A stretch of 59,330 nt of DNA, counting the filler, from Sphacelaria rigidula (taxonomy: Eukaryota), in the NCBI GenBank assembly GCA_964200075.2. It is 10 parts of 10 records of this genome, joined end to end, with 100 filler letters (N's around TTAATTAATTAA, not from the genome) between each part and the next. Parts side by side here need not be neighbours in the genome. Positions count along the whole stretch, not along the records: positions 1 to 5,844 come from CAXNAA020024018.1; positions 5,945 to 11,788 come from CAXNAA020024019.1; positions 11,889 to 17,731 come from CAXNAA020024020.1; 7 more parts are not named here. One strand, written 5' to 3'. This document shows positions 1 through 12,029 of the stretch, piece after piece. The notes under the pieces are model-generated. The model was not told the DNA's origin, did not search any database, and was given only the letters and a program-made list of their open reading frames with translations. The position numbers and the translations under genes were made by a program. Each line of letters starts with the position of its first letter. The stretch's first letter is position 1.

Positions 1-879
1 CCCCTGTTTAGGCCGCGAAATCCTTTGGGGATCTTGACTACCGTATTTCTTTCACCTCTTGGAGCTGCGTGAGTCGACCCTGGGTCGTCCTTCATTTTTC
101 GAATTTGGTCGAAGGAGTCGTGAATCGTGACTGGAGAGTTCTTGAACATGTAAAGTCGTGTTCATTGCTACGGTACAGTGAATGGAATGTAGCGCGCTGT
201 TACGAGGTGCGGACACCGGTGGGTGTACGCTCGGAGGAGACTCTGGACGGCGGTGTACTGCCGACCATTGTGTTTACCGACGTTCGGTACACGTGTACGT
301 TCGGTACATGTGTGTGTGCATGGACACAAGACAGTGGAGTGGACACCCATGCACGCCATCTCTGCACCTTCCACGGGTGTGCAGGTCGGACAATCCCCTG
401 TGGTGAAAGTGACAGATGAAACTAGGAACGCATGGACCGTACTTGAGTGGGAAATCATACGCTCGAAATCGTCAGCGTAGAGATCGCTGGTTCCGCAAGG
501 TCTGAGCACATGCCCATGAACTCCCAGCACTGCCCCGAAGGTACCAAGAGCACGAAAGACAAATGTGACGTTTCTTGCGTATATTGCACTGGTGGCGTTT
601 ACCGCAAAAGTGGTGGTAGGGAGCGTGCACCACTTGGCAAGGAAGCATTTCCCCTCGAAGCTGGGTCAACAAAAACGCACGCACACTTGACTTGGCTCAA
701 AACTGGCGAAGGACTCTCTTGCAGCAATTGCAATACAAGTATTCAACTCTCACCTGTTCATGCCAGTCGATGAATGTGCTATGCTACTTGAAGAAACAAT
801 TCCGAAGCCACATTGATCATGGGCGGTTTTTTACTTTGCGGTCAAAGGCTTGAGGTGGGGTCAATGGTTCTCGGTAGGG

Positions 880-1301
880 ACACTTTCTACGATAGCCCCC
901 CCCCCCCCCCCCACACCGCCCCGACGACGGCCGTTAAGATGAGGAAGACGAAACAGCCAAGAAACAATGAAGGNNNNNNNNNCCCCCCCCCCCGAAAAAG
1001 TCTCGAAAGGGATGCGTGGTCAATGGTCAAATGACTAAGGCAAGCAACAAATGAGTACGCCCCCCCCCCCCCGAAAAAAAAGTGCCTGGTTTGGGGAGGT
1101 AAAATGTTCACGTTAATCGAAATGGAAAAAGCCGAGCACAACGAGCAGCTGAGAATTCCCACGCTTGGGTTCGATCTCGCCAATGTCGCCAATATGAGGC
1201 GGTTCATGCAGCATAAAGCCAAACATCAGGCGCTATATCTCCATATTTTCCGTGACAATTTTGGGCTGGTTTTTTGGGGGGGGGGCTATCGTAGAAAGTG
1301 T
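880..1301. mobile_element. Non-autonomous TIR element (MITE), TIR ACACTTTCTACGATAGCCCCC
   Basis: Inverted repeats at 880-900 and ~1281-1301. Interior 1070-1166 matches a second copy at 11667-11788. No TSD found, and there is a 9-N gap inside. Confidence 0.7.
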
Positions 1302-2569
1302 CTAGACTAGGAACTTTGGTTCTAATGCCACCATTAACATCACTGATTCATGAGGTGATTATACCTGCCTGCATACCCCTGCTCGAATTTGAATAGGCCT
1401 GATGGTGGGCAGCCTCTCCTTCGCCGCTCGCCATTGGCCTTCGCTAGGCGTCGACTGCTCGCTGTTGAACCTGAGGTATGAGCCGCCGTCCTTGAAGCAG
1501 TTGAAGCGTGCAGCACGAACGTTGATGGATAGAGAGGTGGATGTTGCAGTATGTAATATTCAGAGAAGGTGGAGGTCGTAGCTGTGGTGCTGTACGTTAA
1601 TTGAGCAAAGTTGTTGTGAGAGAGGATGTCTGCCGACACTAACCACGCTCCGTGGAAATCCTTGATTTGAACCGCGCACTCGGCGTACATTCAGCCGATT
1701 CAGCTTTTTCAACCTGACGTCAGTTTTCCGCCAGTATCATGTCCTTCGTCGAATTCGCCACAGCCAAGAATTTGACCGCGATACACCCAGCTGATAACTG
1801 TAGCGGATGTATTTGCCTGTTGGTCTGTTTTTTTTTCCCGCCTGCTTCTCACAACCTCTCCAACGAACCAAATGATGTCGGCTCTCCTCTGCACGTTTTA
1901 CCTACAGCGATCAAGCAGTTCCTGAAAGTGTTGTGAGACGAATGGTTGGGCCTCGGAGAAGATATCTTCATGTATTCGCCAAATCAGGTGTGTAACATGC
2001 GTGATTGTTTGGAGCTCGTGGAAATGGATATTTGCTCATTTATCACTCCCTCGTTCTCAACATGCCCTACAAGTGCCTCCATATGCCTCCATTTTCCTTT
2101 GCTCTTTCCTTGTCTTTTCCCCTCTGTCAAGTGGCGACAGAGCGCGTGTACTACTCAGGACAACCCAAGGCCAACAATCTTTTTTTATTCTTCTCACCAG
2201 TGTACGTGGTGTGCGTTTCAGGATAAGGGGGCTGCCCCCCCCCCCGCCCCTCCCGCTCCCCGCCGATATTGTGCTGCTCTCACATGATGCACAATTTCGG
2301 CGCGTATTCCGTGTCTTAAGTGGGAATGAGCGTAGTATCTCCTTCCTCTGTTTCTTCCACACCAGCAGCTGCTTGCAGCATCCCCATGCGTTCACATACA
2401 GCTACACCTGTAAGTCTGTCTTCTGTGCAATGATCAGTACAGGGAAACAGCACCCCATTTATTATGCTCCGCGACTTGGTCCACGTATTGGTTCACGATA
2501 TTTACGTTGTGATGATACCCAGGTAAAAAGGCGAACCCACCCAGGTACTGGAAGAGCACCATTTTCCCG

Positions 2570-5500
2570 TTGGCGCTGACTTTCATCGCAGCAACTGTCG
2601 GAGGATATTCATCAAGCCGGGGATCGGAATCGCATTTCTGTGATGATTGCCGTGACAGTGAACAACACTTCACCTGTGTCCGAGGCCGGAGAAATGCCAC
2701 AGAAGAGGACGCAGTAGACCCAGCTGTCGATTCTGCCCAACACGGTTGTGGTATGTTCAAGTCTGTACAAACGTCGCCGCCTGCGGTACTCAAGAAGGGC
2801 ATTTTTACCAACCACGACGACCCAGATAGGGGTGGTTGGGGTATCGAGAGGGATTTCGCGCAAGATCGTCAACCAGCCGACTGCTTGCAACAACAGCAAC
2901 ATCATTCTTCAATGGACCCGCTGCCGCCACGACATGGAGATCCACTGCTGAAACAATGTCAACCATGTTCCAAATATGATCATCGACATCGTCAGCAGGG
3001 GACCCTCCCTGGAGTCACCACCGAAGGGCGGGTGCAGAGCAGCCCAGGCAGGTGCCTAGTCGTGTGTCCGACCGGCGCTGAAGCGTCGGTAGTGGTCTGC
3101 CTCGCAGCACTCTTGGCCTTCTTTCCACGAGATACCCCAGAAGAACCAGCGTGCAAAAGTGACAGCGGTGTCGAGGGGAAAACATCATTGCGAGAACGGC
3201 AAGAGACGTTTGGTGACGGCGATAGTCCTGTAAATACCGTAATCACAACTGGACAGACCGGCGGTAGCACTCGCGAGAAATTCACCACGTTGACGAGAGA
3301 AGGCGGACAAGGGAACGCCGACAACGCACCCGTCATGGTTTCAACGTCGGGGCAAGACCAGACAGTGCGTGTCGACAAGAAGGAGGCATGCGATGACGCC
3401 AAAAGTAGAACTGAACAGGCTGATGGTTCTACTCGCAGAAAAAACAGCGTGCCGGTGGGAGGAAGAGGTGATGGTGCCGCTGTTACAGGGCATGATCAGC
3501 GAAGACAAGAATGCTCACGTGGCGAAAGAGGGGCACGTGATAAAACACAGGGACATCCAGGGAAGGAGAAGGATGCGGTGAGCGTAGATGAAGAAGGGAG
3601 TGGAAGAGGACGGAGAGGGGGGGTGTTTGCGGTTCTACCGCAAAGCTCCAAAGTCACCAAAACAGATGTACGGTGGCGGTTTCTACTTCTGCAGCAGGAA
3701 TGTCCGTGGGCGAGGCCGCCCAGGCGACTGATGCAATACCTTAATGAGTATTTCATGACCCCTGGGGAGCAGTCGTGGGACACCTTGAGGGATATGTTGC
3801 TGCGCTGCCATTAGTTTGTGCACTTCCTGAGATGGCGGACTACGACTACGTAACTACAATTATCGGAACGCCTAGATCGGCGTACTCTGCTTGATCACTA
3901 TGCGAATTTCGTCATGTCGGGGAAGACGTACATGGACTTGCTGCACCGGAGTCCGTTGAGCCCCGAAGTTTCTCCGTGATCGTGTCTGCAGAGCTACTTC
4001 AGGGTGAGCGTCTGAACTTCTAGTTCCTACACCTGGTGCACATCGCGTGAAAGAATGACATCAGGTGCTTCATCAGCAATTTCGCCACTCGCACGTACTC
4101 ATGCTCACCTTCAGCCTCCGGTATGTTCCGGGCCTCGTCTGCTCTCCCTTTTTTTCGACCGTGCTATTTTCCCCCATAGAACAGTAGATAAACTTACCCT
4201 CCTCTCAAACTCCTCTTTTAAGTACTGCTGCTTGCGGGTAAGGCTGCCGGCGCACACTGCAGAGTACAGTGCTTGGTTTTGACGCACCAATGGCTGCCCA
4301 CCATTGTTCGATAATCGTCACGGACGTGCCCCTTATTTGCTGTCGGGCTGACTCGTCAGCGACCGAAGTACATAACCTCCTTTTCCACACGCAGTTGACC
4401 GCTCGACCTGACTGTTGGTCACCCAGGTGAAATGATTCTTCTGTGGAACAGATGCCGGTACAGTCACTGCCCCTGTGTTGATGAGCAGCATAACAATGGA
4501 GCGGAATGCGGCGCTTCAGAGCGTGTTTCTTCGGGCGGAGCAAATCTGTTTTCGCGGGTGAATCGAGCGTGTTATCTCTGCCGTGGGCATTGCTGCGGCG
4601 TGGAAATGCCATAGCAGCAGCAAATATAGGTCAAGACAGCGACGGTTCGTCAGCAGTATGTACGCACCCTCTCTGCCGCGTCTCGGGTGATTCACAGCTG
4701 TAGGCACATGGCCCTAGCGGTAGACATGGTGTACCACACATGCTCGCCGCAACGTGAGCCTGGATGAATACTTGGATAGGCACGGTGTGATTTTTGAGGA
4801 GCATGTATGTATTTAAAATCAGTGAAGAGGCCGAAGCAGGGGGGGCGAGCCTGCTGCCACGATGTCTGCTATCTATACTTGTATGCGCTGAGCATCACAG
4901 CGTGAGGAACGAAGACACTGTATATCTGATGTACAACATGGTGTTCCCTTTGGCCAATCAGATGCAAGAAGCGATAGTCGAGAGGGGTACGATGTCAGCA
5001 TTTCGACTTCAAAGACCGCGCCCTGAAAGTCCTGAGGCGATGAATACACGGTAGTTACCTACGATACAGCGGTCATCCTCCTTCGGTTCACTGGCGGGAC
5101 AATTCATGACTTGGGGACATTAGTGAAACAGTCAAGAGTGATTATACCGGCCCATCGGCAGCGTTTTCGCGTGGAAGGAAGACCAGGCGAATCATGCCAC
5201 CTTAAAATGATTGCCTGAGAGTGAAAAGGATTGCGGCGGGCGAAGGATTTGTTCTCTTTGGGGGACGTTGACAACCTCATTTGGCAGCTGTAATATGAGT
5301 GTCAACGTCCGCCCAACATGCCCTGAACACCCCGAATGGTGGGTACAGGGGTACAGGGGCATCGCATGATCAACGTCCCATTCTTGGCCAGAAGATCTCA
5401 CTTACAACCTCAACTCCTGCTGCAAAAACTAGCTGACCTTGTTATACAAACGGCCGATTTCTATATGCGTTACCAAAATCATGCGCAATACGGTATGATC

Positions 5501-5600
5501 TTGGAATTTTGTTCACGGTAGGGCGGCCCCACCTTACCCTCGTCTTGTGTGGGGCGTACCTATAGTGACCTTTGTGAGTGGAAGGATGTCCTGGTGTCCC
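2570..5600 (+). pseudogene. Decayed coding-like region of unknown family (possibly TE-derived), with Cys/His motifs
   Basis: The 414-aa ORF 2570-3814 has CDDC..QHFTC, a low-complexity middle and a globular-looking C-terminus. Protein-like text continues past stops and frameshifts (e.g. 4794-5054). No family recognised. Confidence 0.3.
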
Positions 5601-5813
5601 CTTAGTAACAGGTGGTTCCTGAAAACATCGCACCTTTCATTCACTTCTGCTCGTTGACTCCAGCCATAGAAGTACACTGCGCAAACCAAGAGCTATACTT
5701 CACTAGAAGCGCGCATGTTCTTGTACCATCGCCACACACACATGAAGACTTTACGGCGTAGGTGTAGTAGTGCTGTGCGCATCGTAGCTTCATGTTTCAA
5801 GCGACACTGCTTG

Positions 5814-5844
5814 GAGTCATCCTACGATAGGGGGGGGGGGATTT
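5814..5844 (+). mobile_element. Sola-like TIR end (GAGTCATCCTACGATAGGGG), truncated by the contig end
   Basis: Same terminus at 35471 and 53354, and inverted at ~36949-36967 and 47749-47763. Confidence 0.6.
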
Positions 5845-5944
5845 NNNNNNNNNNNNNNNNNNNNNNNNNNNNNNNNNNNNNNNNNNNNTTAATTAATTAA
5901 NNNNNNNNNNNNNNNNNNNNNNNNNNNNNNNNNNNNNNNNNNNN
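5845..5944. other. Artificial contig spacer (44 N + TTAATTAATTAA + 44 N); identical spacers at 11789-11888, 17732-17831, 23675-23774, 29618-29717, 35561-35660, 41504-41603, 47447-47546, 53389-53488
   Basis: Nine identical 100-bp spacers. The 12-mer gives stops in all six frames. Intervening segments are 5842-5844 bp in non-increasing order. Confidence 0.98.
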
Positions 5945-6425
5945 CGCGCCTTGATCGCTTGGTGATTGATTGCGAACCTGGTCCGGCGAAAACCCAGCGT
6001 GCTCCGTCCCGTCTTTGTAGGGATACGAGGTCAACGGTTCTATGACTTTGGCATGCATGATCATGTGTACACCCCCCCTCGCGCGCGCCCCAACAACAAC
6101 AGCGCTATGGTGATACACCCATGAGGTAGTGTATAAGCCGTGGCTGTCTCTGGAAGTGGTGATACCAGGAAGTGAAGCAACTTATTGTACGCTGTCATCC
6201 GAATGCAAGATAATCAGTACGCTTCAGGCCGAACAATCTTGGCAGGATACAGCTAACCCTCCGTGCGACTCGCCGAACACATGACGGTGCTTCGCGCTTG
6301 GTGATTGATTTGCGAGCTTGGTCCGGCGAAATCCCGGCGTGCTCTCCCGTCCAGCTTCGTAAAGAATGCGCGGTCACTGGTCATATGACTACGGCATGCA
6401 AGATCGTGAGTACACCCCCCCCACA
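5945..6425 (+). repeat. Interspersed repeat (body of a Sola-like non-autonomous element), partly tandem-duplicated, in the HDAC-gene intron
   Basis: 5955-6080 is repeated at ~6293-6425. Homologous segments at 9665-9840, 59172-59330 and (inverted) 29718-30070, 35471-35560, 35661-35870. The 35471 copy links this body to the GAGTCATGCTACGATAG terminus. Confidence 0.8.
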
Positions 6426-6492
6426 CACTCACACACCCTCTCCCCAACACTCCCCCGTGTCCGATCCTGGATGGCCCTCTCCGACCTCGCAG

Positions 6493-6788
6493 CAATACCT
6501 TGCACAAGCGCATACCCAAGATTTCTTGGAGCACATGTCATCCCGTGGATGGGACGCTTGGGGTCCCGCACGAAGCTCTGCGGCGTGCGTCGTCCGTGGG
6601 GTATCCGCGGTTCTGTCGGGGAAATGCCACAACGCTCTCTGTCTGGTGGAAACCCCAGGGCGGCATGCGCCGAGCGGGGCTTGCTCTGTTGGGCATGGGG
6701 GCAGGGCAGCAGCTGCAGCGAGCAGGGAGAGGTTGCCGTGTTCTGTGAATAGCGTGGCGATTGGGGCTCTGTATGCGCACTTTCAATG
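6493..6788 (+). CDS. HDAC-fold (class II/AcuC-like) protein, internal exon 1 of 3 visible
   Basis: ctcgcag acceptor and TG|gtgag donor (phase 2). Translation ARSSAACVVRGVSAVLSGKCHNALCLVETPGRHA...CSVNSVAIGALYA aligns to the HDAC A..AAG......V..G...NAF..VRPPGHHA...GFC..NNVAIAA.YA segment. Confidence 0.85.
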
Positions 6789-7167
6789 GTGAGAGCAAGG
6801 GTATGGGGAAGGGTCGTACTCATTCGTTTTTTGCCTTCGTCGGTTTGACCATGATAGACGACGCATACCTTCCGAGACGGCGCACCGTTTCTGCTCCTAA
6901 CAGAGACGCCTCCATCACTTTGGGCGCTCGTGACGTTTCTTCCGTACATTGCACCAAAAGCTTTGTTCGGATCTTGTCCTCGTTTCTGTCTCGCCGTCTT
7001 TGGCCATCTATCTATCTCCTACCCATGAGTATAATGGTGTAACAATCGATTTCTCGCTACTATCTGATGTAGCAAACGATTTGCGTGGTGAGAGAGAGAG
7101 AGGGACGGGGGGCAGTGGGGAAGGTTGCTTGAATGGACCCATTGTGGTTTCGAAAGTGCATGGAGCA

Positions 7168-7834
7168 CAGTAGGGTACACCTTCGGGTACAGCACCCTGG
7201 CCTGGATTCTCACTTGATACCCTGGGTACTCTGGGTAAAAGCATGCTGAGTCTTGTTTTCGGCAGGCGATATACACCCTTGGTACCCTGTTTTTCACCTC
7301 CTGGGTTCCCCGCATTCATCCCCCGGGTACCCTGCATTCGGCTGATTCGCTGGGTGCTCGGGATAGATATCGAGTACTTTCGGTAATCTATACCCTGAGT
7401 ACGCTGGATGAATACTGTAAGGTTCTGGTCTGCGGGGTACGATCATGTTTGATAGGGTACAATGCCTCTTGCAGAACTCCACAGAGTCGTCGGGTACCGA
7501 TATGAAAGTCTTATGGCAGAACTTGGAAAGCTTGTCGGGTACGGAATGGCCTTGCAGAGAAGCCCTTACCAACAATCGGGTAAGGGTAAATATTTCATAC
7601 GGATCTTACAGAAACTGTTATTAATAGGTACCGGTATGAGAGGCTTACAGAACTTACAGAACTGTCCTGTACGGGTAAATACCCGGGTAATTTCCACGGG
7701 TATACGAGAAAATGGTACCCTGCATGAGATAACCTTGTCATACTGAGTCTCTTCGGCACTCGGTACTCGGAGTGCCTTAGAGTTCCGCGTGCCTTGAACA
7801 ATCCTTTACCCTCCGGAGGGTGTACTCTACCCTG
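7168..7834. mobile_element. Putative TIR element rich in GGGTAC/GTACCC motifs, intronic
   Basis: Imperfect inverted ends (cagtagggtacacc / ggtgtactctaccctg), AGCA on both flanks (7164-7167, 7835-7838) and many internal GGTAC repeats. Confidence 0.45.
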
Positions 7835-8649
7835 AGCACCTTCGGTTTGTTTGTCTGAGATGCGTGTATGTGATTTTGTGTGACGCGAGGGGAAGGGGTA
7901 TGGCGTGGTCGTCGTTGAAAATTGGCGATTTTTGGGTCGACACATTGGCGGTTCAGCAGAATTGCTGCACGACGTTTTATCACCTTTGGGAGTTGCTGGG
8001 CGTCTATCTTGTGACCGCAGCTCGATCCTTCGAGGATCCGTTTCATGCGTGACCATCCATCATCAATAGATTTTCATAAACGCTAATGGTGTGTTTCGTG
8101 TGTTTGAATTTGAACCCTTTGATCGTGGAAAGGGTACGGCAATGTGTGTGTGGATCGGCCGTCACGGGAGTTTTTTTTTTTCTTTGGCAAGTGATGATGC
8201 ATGATGCCGATTCCGGAGATTGAGTGAACACTCTGGCGGGATATTTTTTTCTCGCTTTTTTTTCTTTTTTTTTGCTTACTCACAGTACTGGATGTGTAGA
8301 GGTCTCGTCATTGTGGCTCGGTCGTATGATTTCGCACCTAACCCTCTTGTCTCATTTGTGCCGTGTGTGGGTGTGTGTATGTTTTTGTTCTAATTTTAAA
8401 GTCTATTTGCTCTCATATTATTATTTTTTGTTGCCTTCGTGTTTTTTGGTTGTTCTTCACTCTCTTGCACTTTTGTCCAATTTTTACTTTTTGTTATTTT
8501 GTTTTCGCGTATATATATTAAAAAAACAGGGAAAGGGGCTGCTAAACCCCTCTCTCGTGATGAAAAACATAGTGGTGGAGAGAACCAAAACAAAATGCAC
8601 AATAAAAAAAGAAAAAACTCCCGTGTTGACCTCCCTCCTGTGTGACCCC

Positions 8650-8745
8650 GGCTGATGCGCCCACACATACCGAAAGGTGTAGCCAGGCGTCCAGAATAGA
8701 TGGGATGTCAACACACACATATACACACACACACGCACACACGCG
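8650..8745 (+). repeat. Retroposon (LINE/SINE-like) 3' end with (CA)n tail
   Basis: ggctgatgcgcccaca..ccgaaagg.gtag..ggcg.ccagaata.atggga...caacacacac is also present at 17832-17910 on another contig. Confidence 0.55.
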
Positions 8746-8852
8746 CGTGCGTACGTGTTTTGTTGAAGCGCGCTCTCGCTTGCAGGCTGCCGGCCCACTC
8801 GGGTCGTATAGGTCATTTTTTTTTTTTTTGTCAAACGCTGGCTCTTTATTAA

Positions 8853-8947
8853 GTTCGTTCGTTCGTTCGTTCGTTCGTTCGCTTGCTTTTTTTGTGTGTG
8901 TTCATTTTTATTTTGCTTTGTTGTTGTTGTTGTTGTTGTTGTTGTTG
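8853..8947. repeat. Microsatellites (TTCG)n and (TTG)n upstream of an exon acceptor
   Basis: Directly visible tandem arrays. Confidence 0.9.
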
Positions 8948-8979
8948 CCTTCTGTTCATTGTGCGTGTGCCATATGCAG

Positions 8980-9095
8980 GGCTGTGGGGCGAGTGGTCGT
9001 GCTTGACCTTCACTCCCACTTGGCTACAGGTACGGCGGACATTCTATGTCGCACCCTGGATCCCGCTTTCCTCTACGCCACCATCGCCCCCACAG
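8980..9095 (+). CDS. HDAC-fold protein, exon 2 (metal-binding DxDxHH-equivalent segment)
   Basis: tgcag acceptor completes TG|G (Trp); G|gtgag donor is phase 1. AVGRVVVLDLHSHLATGTADILCRTLDPAFLYATI vs HDAC consensus RV.I.D.DVHHGNGTQDIF..DP.VLY.S. Confidence 0.85.
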
Positions 9096-10396
9096 GTGAG
9101 GAAGGCATGAAGCAGAGGGCGTGGCACCTCGCGAATATGTTGGTTTGCTTCGGAGAGTCGTTACGAAATATTTTATTTTTGTGTTCAGACCACCCGGGGG
9201 CGCGCCAGTTTTGTCACCTCTTTTTTTTTCCCTATTTTCTTGTAAGTATATTGAATCTGGATTCTTTTTTGTTCACCTTTTTTTTGGGGGGGGGGGAGGG
9301 GGGAAGTGGGATGGAGACTTTTCTTACTCTTTTTTCTTTACTGTTGTCAATTGGGAGATGTAATTTTCGGAACAGTTATTACTATCATAGTATACTTGTT
9401 TGTTCATGTTTGTGTACATGTTTATGCTTATATTTTTTGTATCCCTACATTTTTGCACTCTGTTCTGAAATTCGTTGGTGTTCCAAAACGTTCGGACAGG
9501 CGTCACTTGGACGCTCATTCGAAGAGACCTTGTAGTGGTATGTCAGTGTCGAAATGTGATGTGGAAATGTCGCCGTGTGGCGGTAATTCTCCCTTCAATG
9601 ACGCCACGGAGGGCGCTTGACATTATTCGTGTTTCACGAGGCGGCGGTTCCCCCCCCCCCCACTCCACCTTCATGCGACTCGCCAAATACATCACGGCGC
9701 TTCGCGCTTGGTGATGGAGTGCGAGCCTGGTTCGGCGAAGATCCGACGTGCCCCGTCCCGGCTTTGTAGGGATGCGAGATCATTTATGACTACGGCATGC
9801 AAGACCATGAGTACAACCTCTTCCCCCCCCCCCCTCCCCTCATCCGACTACACCTCTATTCGTGGCTATGTGATGTATGTGATGTCAAAATGTGACAATG
9901 TCGCGGTCATTCTGCTCCTCTTATTAGAATAGTCAACAGTGGTACGAATTTTTGTCGTCGTCCTTTCATCCATGATTCACGATTCACCCCGATCGTCCGT
10001 CTTCATCCACGAGCAGAGTTTTTACCGGCGTTGGGCTACAAATATCCATGGTTGACGCATTACTTACTTGATTTGAGTGTGTACAACGAGAATCGGATCT
10101 TTAGTAGGGCTTACAGTCCCGTGTGCTTCTCCTCGCGTGCGCAGAACGCGCTTTCGTTCAAATCGGCGCCACAGGCGCTGATCTGGGGTCTATCAAGGTC
10201 GCACTTTGCCTAAGGAAATGCCATGTACCACCCTTGCCCGAGGGTTCTCGGTATGCGTCGGGTTGGGGTTAGGGGTAGCGATACTTGTAAAATTGTGTCA
10301 ACCATGGACATTTGTAGCCCCCCAACGCCGGTTATGTAACCTCTCATCCACCGTCATCATCTTTAGTCATCATCCATCATCCGCACGCTTTTACAG

Positions 10397-10671
10397 GTGG
10401 AGGGGGCAGAATGAGCGGACCCCCGGCACACGAACACGCCCTTCGCCTCGTGCAAAACCAGCGAAAGAGCATCACGAGAGCGAATGATAAACCCCTGCTC
10501 ACACGGAAGGTCCTCCAGGAGGAAGGGGGCGCGTTGTGGAAGCTGTCTGTTGCACTCGAAGCGTTTAGGCCTGATCTAGTGATGATATCGTCTGGTGTCG
10601 ATGGGCGGAGGGGACACAGCTGTGGATTGGGAGACCTGGTGGCTGAGGATTACGAGTGGTTTACTAGGGAG
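10397..10671 (+). CDS. HDAC-fold protein, exon 3
   Basis: ttttacag acceptor is phase-compatible; GAG|gtgagc donor. LEAFRPDLVMISSGVDGRRGHSCGLGDLVAEDYEWFT vs consensus ..F.PDLVL.SAGFDA..GDPLG...L...DY...T. Confidence 0.88.
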
Positions 10672-11666
10672 GTGAGCGTTAGTTTTATTTCCCCACTGTT
10701 ATGGGTGGGACTGGGGCCCGAATTTGGGTACTATATTTCGGGAAAATGGATCACGAACGCTAGATGCGTAAGAACTGGACCGTAATCAGACGAATCATAT
10801 CAATCGAAAATACATGCGTCACCTAGAAACAACGACCTGGCTCATATGAAATGTACTATAAACATGGTACATATCTTCAAGCCTGTGAGTGCTCGGTGTT
10901 GAGATGATTTTGTTCCTCCGCATAACTCGCTCCAGATCAGTGGGTGCAAACTCTTTGTGCACTAGTGTTCAGCCGCTGTACTACTCGGGAAGCGCACGCG
11001 CCCGAGCTGCCACCCCACGTTTACAACAAGACAAGAGGACGAACAGCGGCAATTGTGGCCGCCACACACCAACGCATCTGCTGTGAATGGCGTGCCTGAC
11101 ATCGTGCTGGAACGAGAGAGTACAGAAATTCGGATGCCATGAGCAGCAGCGTCGCGCATCCCTTGGGTTCTCTCTCGAAAACGTCTGTCACAAGACGGCC
11201 ATGTTTCATCGGTGAACTCGTCCCCTACAAGCCAAGGGGTGAAAGGGCATTTGCTCATGATAAGTGAGGTTGTCCTTTGTACACATCCCCACAGAACAGA
11301 GCAGCACATGGCGGACCGCCACCAAAGCAAATGTCGTGACATTGGTGCCAAAAAAATAGCATCTGGTCGAAGATGGCATGGTTTACATATTATTTTCAGT
11401 ATGTACAGGCAGTCAGTTGAAATATGGTGGCTCTGCTGACCTGTTCATACACAGTCAGTGTATAGTCTGAAATAAAAATCGCTCTTGGCGCCTTGGTTTC
11501 TCCGCTGGAACCCTCGGATTAAACAGCCGAAGTTCATGTGTCACGTCGCCCTCTGCGACTCAATACCTGAAGAGTACTCGCTTTTGGAAGGCTTTTTTGC
11601 TCATTGTGCACAGCCGTACAGAACGAAGCAGCACCTGGCGGCACGCCACAAAGTGAAACACCGTCC

Positions 11667-11788
11667 ACACTTTCTACGATAGCCCCCCCCCCCCAAAAAA
11701 AAAGTGCATGGTTTTGAGAGGCAAAATCTTCGCGTAAATCGAACTGGGAAAAGCCGAGCACAACGAGAAGCTGGGAATTCCCACGCTT
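11667..11788 (+). mobile_element. Second copy of the 880-1301 MITE, truncated by the contig end
   Basis: acactttctacgatagccccc followed by sequence matching 1070-1166. Confidence 0.75.
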
Positions 11789-12029
11789 NNNNNNNNNNNN
11801 NNNNNNNNNNNNNNNNNNNNNNNNNNNNNNNNTTAATTAATTAANNNNNNNNNNNNNNNNNNNNNNNNNNNNNNNNNNNNNNNNNNNNCCCCCCCTCCTG
11901 CCCCCCTTCCCCACTCCGTCCCTCTTCCGCCCTCAAACGCCTAACGCTCGCAACACCTCCGCACCCCCCCCCCCTCCTGCCCCCCCCGCCACCGTGACCC
12001 CCCTCTCCCCCTCCCCTTCAATTCGATAG

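Noticed and set aside
8642..9535. 297-aa ORF as a membrane protein
   Set aside because: Mostly intron and microsatellite translation (poly-Leu from TTG repeats); only 8980-9095 is exon.
10800..11660. A fourth HDAC exon carrying the LEGGY motif
   Set aside because: No EGGY-like segment with splice sites found; probably beyond the contig end.
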